Source: Terracidiphilus sp.
GTDB taxonomy: Bacteria > Acidobacteriota > Terriglobia > Terriglobales > Acidobacteriaceae
NCBI GenBank assembly: GCA_050013495.1
Contig: JBEKFD010000001.1
Span: 29,024-93,023, forward strand
Direction: 5' to 3'
Length of the DNA: 64,000 bases
Each line of letters opens with the position of its first letter. The first letter of the stretch is position 1. This document shows, one piece after another, positions 8,776-15,797 of this stretch. The notes under the pieces were generated by a model. That model made no database searches and was not told the origin of the DNA. It saw only the letters and a program-made list of their open reading frames with translations. The position numbers were made by a program, and so were the translations under genes.

Positions 8776-9400
8776 GGTGAGCCGCCTGCTCGGGCTCCGG
8801 CGCGCTCTGTTCCACGGGACCGCCTTCGGATACCATTGCGTCCGCAACGCCGGACTCCGGGTTGGCGACCGGCTCTGCTTCAACGTCCGTCGCTGGGGCA
8901 GACTGCGTTGCCGCCTGCGCCAGTGCCGTCGGGCTGTGGGGGCGCGCTGCCGGAACCTGCTCGCCAGAAGTTGGCGGCATAATTCGCGGATAGGTCTCTT
9001 CTGCCGGCGCTTCCAGCTTTACCGGCATTCTGCCGCTGCCGTCGGAGTTTTCGGCCGCCATGATTTCGTTGAGTGCCCCAGGATTGACTGCCGGGACTTC
9101 GGAATTGGGGACCTGGGAAACGGGCTCGGTGAGAGCGGGCTGGGCGGGAGTTGTCAGCGCCAGGGCCCGCAGACGTTCTTCTTCCTTCTTGCGCCGGTCG
9201 GCCTCTTCGGAGGTGCGCAATTCCTCTTCCATTTGGAATTTGAAGTCGTTGGAGGCCTTGCGGAACTCATACATCAGCTTGCCGATTTGGCGGCCGATCT
9301 GCGGCAGGCGGCGGGGGCCAAAGACCACCAGCGCCATGACCATGAGGATGAGCGAGTCAGCCATCCCGAGGTTGGCCATCTCAATTGGCGGAGTTCCCAT
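8768..9400 (-). CDS. tatB: Twin-arginine translocase TatA/TatB family subunit
   Basis: ALVVFGPRRLPQIGRQIGKLMYEFRKAS followed by a long acidic/Pro tail; overlaps tatC. Start at 9400 or 9379. Confidence 0.88.
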   Translation of the reverse strand: MGTPPIEMANLGMADSLILMVMALVVFGPRRLPQIGRQIGKLMYEFRKASNDFKFQMEEELRTSEEADRRKKEEERLRALALTTPAQPALTEPVSQVPNSEVPAVNPGALNEIMAAENSDGSGRMPVKLEAPAEETYPRIMPPTSGEQVPAARPHSPTALAQAATQSAPATDVEAEPVANPESGVADAMVSEGGPVEQSAPEPEQAAHHG

Positions 9401-9497
9401 AAGGAGCAATGATACCTTTCCGCGCGCGGCGGTCACAAACTGTACGGCCCAGCGTGAGATTCAGTTTCAGGGGCAGCCGGACTCAGGGCGCTCGGAT

Positions 9498-9992
9498 TCA
9501 CCAGCTGAAGCCGCCGGAGGGCGGCGGCCACAACCCCTGCATTTGCCGCAGCAGAACGATGCGGCCAAAGTGGTAGGCGTTGTGCGCGCCCAGGCTCTCC
9601 AACTGCTCTCGCACGGACATGGTGCGCACCGGCATTCCTGGCCGGGACGGGCAGCGCACTTCAATGTCGAGCCGGCTTGCGTCCAGGGCCGCCGCTGCTG
9701 CTGCTTTGTTGGTTGCGAAGAACCGCAGTCGCAACTGATCCCAATCCTCTCGCACCGCATCGCCTGCGGTCGGAAAACCATCCGATGCGTGAACGGGATA
9801 GGCCGTTTCGGTACCGCGAATCCAATCCAGAGTTGCCTCCTGCCAGAAGGCAATGTGCCACAGTTCCTCATAGATGGTGCGCGGCGCGCCCGCCACTGAG
9901 CGATGAGCAGCTTCGCTTGCGAGATCTTCAAGAATGATGGCCGGCGGGGTGTGTGCGCTGTCGCCGATCAGCACCTGCTCCAGTTCGTTAAT
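9498..9992 (-). CDS. DinB family protein (possible ATT start; first canonical start is GTG at 9974)
   Basis: TIYEELWHIAFW...HNAYHFG His triad. GAGGAG RBS sits 5 nt before an in-frame ATT at 9992. Confidence 0.85.
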   Translation of the reverse strand: MNELEQVLIGDSAHTPPAIILEDLASEAAHRSVAGAPRTIYEELWHIAFWQEATLDWIRGTETAYPVHASDGFPTAGDAVREDWDQLRLRFFATNKAAAAAALDASRLDIEVRCPSRPGMPVRTMSVREQLESLGAHNAYHFGRIVLLRQMQGLWPPPSGGFSW

Positions 9993-10144
9993 ATTCGCTC
10001 CTCGATGGCTTTCCTTATCTCAAGAAATTATTCCATGCACGCCTCGCCGTCCCACCTGCGCTAAAATAGATGCAGATGGGTGGGCTCTTGCCGGTTGGAA
10101 ATGCTTGAAGCTACCGGCCTCAGGGCACATCCAAGACATTGAAT

Positions 10145-10300
10145 GGCTGCAACAACCCCGTGGGTGGGGGAGCCTGAGCTCAAAGGCGGAATTGCCAATG
10201 GACTCAGATTTTCAGTGCATCCACTGCAGCTTGGTTTAGCTTTCAACATCCCCGTCCGCTGCCCCCTACGCTCGAAAAAGGGGCGAGCTGGACTGAAGGC
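10145..10300 (+). ncRNA. NAD+-I riboswitch (nadA motif), two tandem aptamer domains
   Basis: Domain 1: GGCTGCA-ACAACCCC-GTGGGTG...CATCCAC-TGCAGCT. Domain 2: GCTTTCA-ACATCCCC-GTCC...GGAC-TGAAGGC. Directly upstream of nadA; the domain-2 3' arm contains the GAAGG RBS. Confidence 0.9.
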
Positions 10301-10309
10301 GGAATAAAA

Positions 10310-11458
10310 GTGAACCTCGTTCTTGACGAAGAAACCGCGGTCGCTGCCGCGGCTGATACGAGTTGCAGCCTGGAAAACTACCTCTCCCTTCCCGACCACT
10401 CCATGGACGGACGGATCGCGGAGGCGCGGGCGAAACTGGGCGCGACCACCATCCTGCTCGGGCACCACTACCAGCGCGACGAGGTCATCCGCTTTGCCGA
10501 CTTCACTGGGGACAGCTACAAGCTTTCAAGAATCGCCTCGGAAACAGGCGCCGAAAACATCGTCTTCTGCGGTGTGCATTTCATGGCGGAAAGCGCCGAC
10601 GTGCTGGGCCGCGACGGCCAGCGGGTGATTTTGCCGGACCTGAACGCAGGCTGCTCCATGGCCGACATGGCGGAAATCTCGCAGGTGGAAGCGTGCTGGG
10701 AGGCGCTGGAGCGGCTGGGTCTGGCGGACGACCTGATTCCGCTGACCTATATGAATTCCACTGCCGCCATCAAGGCCTTTTGCGGTGAGCGTGGCGGGCT
10801 GGTTTGCACCTCTTCCAACGCGCGCGCGGCGTTTGAGTGGGCATTTTCGCGCGGTAAGCGCATTCTCTTCCTGCCCGACCAGCACCTGGGGCGCAATACC
10901 GGCTTTGCGATGTGCATTCCCCTTGAGGAGATGGCGGTCTGGGACCCATGGGCGGTCCAAATCGGTCCGCTGCAAGGCGGTCAGACCAAAGCAGCACTGG
11001 CAGCCAGCCGCATTGTGTTGTGGAAGGGCCACTGCGCCGTGCATCAACGCTTTCTGCCCGGACACGTGGACACGGTGCGGGCCAAGTATCCCGGAATCCA
11101 GGTTATTGTGCACCCCGAGTGCCGCTGGGAGGTTTGCCAGAAGGCTGACGCGCTAGGCTCGACCGAGCGGCTCATCAAGATCGTTGAGGACGCACCTGCG
11201 GGATCGATGTTCGCCATCGGCACGGAGATCCATCTGGTCAATCGTCTGGCGCGGCGCTTCGCATCTGAAGGCAAGCGCATCATCACCCTCGACGACACCG
11301 GCTGCCTGTGCACGACGATGTACCGCATCAGCCCGCAGCACCTGGCCTGGGCGCTGGAAAACCTGATCGAAGGCCGGGTGGTCAATCGCATCCAGGTGCG
11401 CGCGGGCGTGAAACACTGGGCGCGCGTGGCGCTCGATCGTATGCTGGAGATTGGGTGA
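10310..11458 (+). CDS. nadA: Quinolinate synthase
   Basis: GHHYQ, FCGVHFMAE, AGCSMAD, TYMNS, CTSSNA, PDQHLG, VHPEC, CxCTTM. Confidence 0.97.
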   Translation: MNLVLDEETAVAAAADTSCSLENYLSLPDHSMDGRIAEARAKLGATTILLGHHYQRDEVIRFADFTGDSYKLSRIASETGAENIVFCGVHFMAESADVLGRDGQRVILPDLNAGCSMADMAEISQVEACWEALERLGLADDLIPLTYMNSTAAIKAFCGERGGLVCTSSNARAAFEWAFSRGKRILFLPDQHLGRNTGFAMCIPLEEMAVWDPWAVQIGPLQGGQTKAALAASRIVLWKGHCAVHQRFLPGHVDTVRAKYPGIQVIVHPECRWEVCQKADALGSTERLIKIVEDAPAGSMFAIGTEIHLVNRLARRFASEGKRIITLDDTGCLCTTMYRISPQHLAWALENLIEGRVVNRIQVRAGVKHWARVALDRMLEIG

Positions 11459-11480
11459 ACACCTGAAATGAGGGCTGCGC

Positions 11481-11840
11481 TCAGTCTTCTGCAAGCGGCT
11501 CAGTAAACTTCAGTTCATTCCCGAAGGTGTCTTTCAAGCGAAAATCGCGGTTTCCCCACGGCTTGCGCAGGATGTCTTGCGTCAGCCGTGCGCCTCTCCG
11601 GTGGTATTCGGCATAGAGGGCGTCCAGGTCCGACGCAAAGATGTGGATTGCAACCGGCGTATGGACGACTGCGCCGACTTGAAACAAGTGAAGCGCAATG
11701 TCGTCTCGCTCCACGATTGCGTAATCGCCGTCGGGCGTCTGCACAGTGACACGGAAACCTAACTTCTGCTGATAGTGGTCAAGCGCTTCACGCAAATTGG
11801 CAACCGGGAGTTCGGGCGCTATCCGTGAGAGCTTTGGCAT
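11481..11840 (-). CDS. VOC/glyoxalase/bleomycin-resistance family protein
   Basis: IAPELPV...YQQKLGF...KPWGNRDFRLKDTFGNEL. Confidence 0.88.
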   Translation of the reverse strand: MPKLSRIAPELPVANLREALDHYQQKLGFRVTVQTPDGDYAIVERDDIALHLFQVGAVVHTPVAIHIFASDLDALYAEYHRRGARLTQDILRKPWGNRDFRLKDTFGNELKFTEPLAED

Positions 11841-11952
11841 ATTGATTAACCTTGCTGTCGCGAGCGGTGTGAAAGTGGATTTGGCCGGAGCGGATGAGAA
11901 GTGCATGGAGACGGATGCGGCGCATTGAGCGCGAAGAAAACCAATCTCCCGG

Positions 11953-12168
11953 TCAGTTGCTCGGTTTTGAGCGATACGAGAAAATTACGGTCGGCGTGAA
12001 AAGGGGTATGAGCACCGGAATCGCCGCACACCATTGGGCCGGCTTGGCGATGAGCAAAGCGGCAGCTCCATCAATCACGACCACAACACAGATGAGGATG
12101 GCCATTCTGATTGCGGCGGAACGAAACGGCAGAATGTGGATGGAGGTCTCTCCTTGCATGGAGTTCAC
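11953..12168 (-). CDS. Small membrane hypothetical protein
   Basis: 71 aa with two hydrophobic segments; fills the gap between genes; a TG-n-TATCCT -10-like element lies just upstream. Confidence 0.4.
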   Translation of the reverse strand: MNSMQGETSIHILPFRSAAIRMAILICVVVVIDGAAALLIAKPAQWCAAIPVLIPLFTPTVIFSYRSKPSN

Positions 12169-12235
12169 CAGAAGGATACCATCCCTGTTGCTCAGGCACT
12201 TTCTCGTCGTATTCTAGAGACAGGGGCATTCTTCC

Positions 12236-12676
12236 ATGAAAACCTTCACTCTCGAAGAAGCGCAGTCGCTGCTTCCTGTTCTGGAGTCGCTGCTCAAGCG
12301 CGCCATCGAAGGCAAGCAGGAGGCGGAGCAGGTCGAGACCGGCCTGGCGGAACTGGCGCGGCGCATTTACGTCTCCGGCGGTATGAAAGTCGATGTGAGC
12401 GACGTGGCCACGCAGCGTGCGGAAATGGAAGCCCATTTACAGCGCGTCCGGGAAAGCTTGGCCGAAATCGACTCCATCGGCGTACAGGTGAAGGACATCG
12501 ACGGGGGACTGCTCGATTTTCCCTGCCGGCTCGACGACCAGGTGGTGCTGCTCTGCTGGCGCATGGGCGAGGCCGCAATCGAACACTGGCACACGATGGA
12601 ATCCGGATTTCAGGGCCGTCAGCCGCTCGACGATCGTTTCCGCCGTCGCACCAGTTCCGGCGGGCGGCCGAACTAG
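12236..12676 (+). CDS. DUF2203 family protein
   Basis: FTLEEAQSLLP...VKDIDGGLLDFP...LCWRMGE...HWH...GFQGRQPL. Confidence 0.9.
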   Translation: MKTFTLEEAQSLLPVLESLLKRAIEGKQEAEQVETGLAELARRIYVSGGMKVDVSDVATQRAEMEAHLQRVRESLAEIDSIGVQVKDIDGGLLDFPCRLDDQVVLLCWRMGEAAIEHWHTMESGFQGRQPLDDRFRRRTSSGGRPN

Positions 12677-12679
12677 GTC

Positions 12680-13585
12680 GTGTACCTTTACGAGCAAGAC
12701 GTCCGCTCAGTCCTCACCTACGAAGCCCTCATCCCTGCCATCCGTCAGGCGCTGATCGATTATTCCGCGGGCCTTGTCGAGCAGCCGGCGCGCACCATTC
12801 TGCGAGCGGGCAACGCCGAGGGCGCGAAGAACGGATGGTTTGCGCTGATGCCGGTGATTGCAGGAGACGTGATGGGCGTGAAGACTGTCACCTTCTACCC
12901 CGGCAATGCCGAGTTGGGCCTGCACACCCACCTGGCGGTCATCGAATTGCTGAGCCGTGCCACCGGCGAGCCGCTGGCAGTGATGGATGGCCGCGTGATT
13001 ACCGAGATGCGCACTGCTGCCGTGTCGGCTGTCGCGTTCGACGCGCTCGCCCCAAAAGGCGCGTCGAGTCTGGGCATTCTTGGTTCCGGAGTGCAGGCCC
13101 GATCGCACATTGAGGCGCTACGGCTGGTGCGGCCCGCGCTCAACGACATCCGGATATCGAGCCGCACGCAGGGCAACGCAGTGCGGTTGGCAGAGGAGAT
13201 TGGCGGACGCGCCGTCACCACGGAAGAGGCTGCCGCGGCCGAAGTTGTCCTCACCGCAACGTCCTCGCCGAGCCCGGTTCTGGAAGGCCGCTGGCTGGGT
13301 CAGGATGCGCTGGTGCTGGCGGTGGGCGCTACCGGCGCAACGCTGCGCGAACTGGACGATGAGGCCATGCAGTCCAGCTTCGTTGTCGCTGAATCCCGCT
13401 CCTGCGCCGAGCGCGAATCCGGCGATGTGATTCTTTCGGGAGTTAAGGTGCAGGCAGAGATCGGCGAAATTCTCTCCGGATCTGTGGCAGCCCCCACCGC
13501 CGGCCGCGTCGTGTTCAAGTCAGTAGGCATGGCCATCGAAGACCTGACCGCGGCCAGGCTGGTCTGGCGGGCGCGCCGTGCCTAA
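12680..13585 (+). CDS. Ornithine cyclodeaminase / mu-crystallin family protein
   Basis: TEMRTAAVS, GSGVQA, FKSVGMAIED. Confidence 0.92.
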   Translation: MYLYEQDVRSVLTYEALIPAIRQALIDYSAGLVEQPARTILRAGNAEGAKNGWFALMPVIAGDVMGVKTVTFYPGNAELGLHTHLAVIELLSRATGEPLAVMDGRVITEMRTAAVSAVAFDALAPKGASSLGILGSGVQARSHIEALRLVRPALNDIRISSRTQGNAVRLAEEIGGRAVTTEEAAAAEVVLTATSSPSPVLEGRWLGQDALVLAVGATGATLRELDDEAMQSSFVVAESRSCAERESGDVILSGVKVQAEIGEILSGSVAAPTAGRVVFKSVGMAIEDLTAARLVWRARRA

Positions 13586-13806
13586 GAATTTCGGAAAGAG
13601 TGTAGCCATGAATTTTGTTGGTCTCCTATCCTTTGCCGCAAACCGCGCACAAAGGATGGGGCACCCAGCCTTGATCGTCCCCTTAACGCTATAGCGGATT
13701 TCGAATTGTTGTACCCAGGAACGATTGGCCTCAAGTGGCTTCTTCCCCAAGAAAAGGCCACCTTCCACAACGCCGATAAGGCTACACAAATTCGGAATCC
13801 GCCTTA
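13583..13806. mobile_element. Degenerate MITE/REPIN-like element containing a family-1 REP (13621-13666)
   Basis: Imperfect terminal inverted repeats ATTTCGGAAAGAGTGTAGCC / GGCTACACAAATTCGGAAT; internal REP ending GGATGGGGCACCC. Confidence 0.5.
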
Positions 13807-13829
13807 ATCCCTGACCACTGATCCCTGAT
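13802..13829 (+). repeat. Heptamer tandem repeat next to the mlaF stop
   Basis: CCTTAAT-CCCTGAC-CACTGAT-CCCTGAT. Confidence 0.7.
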
Positions 13830-14714
13830 TTACTCCAGAAACTCCCGCACAAACTTGTTGTCCGTATGCACCAGCTCGTGGAGGGAACCGTTGAAAATGA
13901 GGCGGCCTTCCTCGAGCATCAGGAAGGTGGTGCTGGGGTCGGTCTGGCCGTTGGGCAAAGGAACCATGCGGCCAAGCGCCGCGTCGAAGCGGTGCGTGCA
14001 AAGGGTGAATGCGTCCTGCAGGCGGTGCGTAACCAGGATGGAAGGCGTGCCGAAGACGTCGCGCTCTTTGACGATGAGCTCAATAATGGTGGTCGAGGTG
14101 ATGGGATCGAGTCCGCCAGTGGGCGAGTCGTAGAGCAACAATTCTGGCTGATGGATAAGCGCGCGGGCGATCGCCACGCGACGCCTCATGCCGCCGGAAA
14201 GGCTGCCGGGAAAGAAGGCGAAGGTGTTGTCAAGCTCGACGAAAGTAAGGGCTTGGTGGACGCGGCGGTCGATTTCGTCGTCGGGGACCAGTTCCTGGAT
14301 GAGCTGGTAGGCGACGTTGTCGCGGACGGAGAGCGAATCGAAAAGCGCGCCCTCCTGGAAGACCATGCCGGTGCGCGTGCGGAGGGGAAAGAGCCGCTCC
14401 TCCCTCATGTTGGTGATTTCTTCGCCGAAAAGCTGGATGCTGCCGTGGTCGGGTCGCAGCAAGCCGTTGATCAGCTTGAGCAGAACGCTTTTGCCCACGC
14501 CTGCGGGTCCTAGAAGAATCCGCGTTTCGCCGGGCGCGACGGAAAAGGTGATGTCATCGAGAACAGGCGGCCCGTCGAAAGCAATGGAGACATTGCGGAA
14601 GGCAACGACCGGTGAGGGAACCGCGGGCGGCGTCGGGACCTGGGCGGCGAGAACCGTGCCGGACGGAACTGAGCCGGATAGAACCGGGTCGGTGGATTGG
14701 GGCGGTTCCATCAT
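13830..14714 (-). CDS. mlaF: MlaF/Mkl-type ABC ATP-binding protein
   Basis: GPAGVGKS, VFQEGALFDSL, LSGGMRRRVAIARA, YDSPTGGLDP. Confidence 0.88.
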   Translation of the reverse strand: MMEPPQSTDPVLSGSVPSGTVLAAQVPTPPAVPSPVVAFRNVSIAFDGPPVLDDITFSVAPGETRILLGPAGVGKSVLLKLINGLLRPDHGSIQLFGEEITNMREERLFPLRTRTGMVFQEGALFDSLSVRDNVAYQLIQELVPDDEIDRRVHQALTFVELDNTFAFFPGSLSGGMRRRVAIARALIHQPELLLYDSPTGGLDPITSTTIIELIVKERDVFGTPSILVTHRLQDAFTLCTHRFDAALGRMVPLPNGQTDPSTTFLMLEEGRLIFNGSLHELVHTDNKFVREFLE

Positions 14715-15493
14715 ATGGGCGGGAACAGGGTGAGAAGCACCTGGGTGAGAAGGAAGTCGCCGAAGATGATGAGCACGGAAGAGAACACGACGGCATCGAT
14801 GGTGGAGCGGCCAACGCCCTCAGTGCCGCCGGTGGTCCTCATTCCATAGAAACAACCTAATGAGGCGACGATGAAGCCGGAGAAGAGCGGCTTGACCAGG
14901 CCCTGGATGATGTCGGCGTAGCGCAGGTGCTCCCAGGCCATGGAGAAATACTGCGTCCCGTTCTGGTGGTTCATGAAAACGGTGACGAAGGCGCCGCCGG
15001 TGATGCCCACAGCATCGGAAAGGATGGTGAGAAAGAAAAGCATGATGATGCAGGCGAACAGGCGGGGCGTGACCAGTTTGCGCATGGGGTCCACGCCCAG
15101 GGCGCGCATGGCGTCAATCTGCTCGGTGACCACCATTGACCCGAGTTCGCTTGCCATGGACGATGCATTGCGGCCGGCGACCATGATGCCGGTGAGCACC
15201 GGGCCAAGCTCGCGGATCATGGTGAGCGAGACGAACCGGCCGGTGACGGCGGTTGCGCCGAACTCGGAGAGCGTGGCTGCGGATTGCAGGGCCAGCACGC
15301 CGCCGGTGAAGAAGCCGGAGAGCAGCACAATGGGGGTCGACCCCACGCCAATGATGTTGCACTGGAGCAGAAAATCCGTCCAGTAGCGAGGCGGGCGGAA
15401 GAGATTCAGGACAGCCCGCTGCGCGAACAGGGAGTAATCCTGAATGGTGCCGACGATGTTCTTGGCGGTTCTTTCGATCTCTTCGATGGCCAT
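14711..15493 (-). CDS. mlaE: MlaE family ABC permease
   Basis: RELGPVLTGIMVAGR, SELGSMVVTEQIDAMRALG, GGTEGVGRST. Start at 15493 or 15529. Confidence 0.92.
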   Translation of the reverse strand: MAIEEIERTAKNIVGTIQDYSLFAQRAVLNLFRPPRYWTDFLLQCNIIGVGSTPIVLLSGFFTGGVLALQSAATLSEFGATAVTGRFVSLTMIRELGPVLTGIMVAGRNASSMASELGSMVVTEQIDAMRALGVDPMRKLVTPRLFACIIMLFFLTILSDAVGITGGAFVTVFMNHQNGTQYFSMAWEHLRYADIIQGLVKPLFSGFIVASLGCFYGMRTTGGTEGVGRSTIDAVVFSSVLIIFGDFLLTQVLLTLFPPI

Positions 15494-15797
15494 TCGGTCT
15501 GCCGCCTGTTGAACGAGAGGTACCCTCACTCTCCTCGACAGGATAGCGCATGAAGCGGCTGCATCCCGGCTCGCCCGTGAGGATCACATCTCCGATAGCC
15601 TCCGCATGGCAGAAATTACCGCATCCTGCGTAAACAATCCATACCGATCTTGCCGGGGTAGTGCAACCTGTTCGTCTGCTTTCAAGGAGTTGCCGCATGG
15701 CCCTTGGTGTGCAACCAATTCCGTGCATCTTACTTCTCAGAGACAGGGTGGGTTTAGACCTGGGAATGCCTGACGAATTGATACAAGGAGGAATGAC

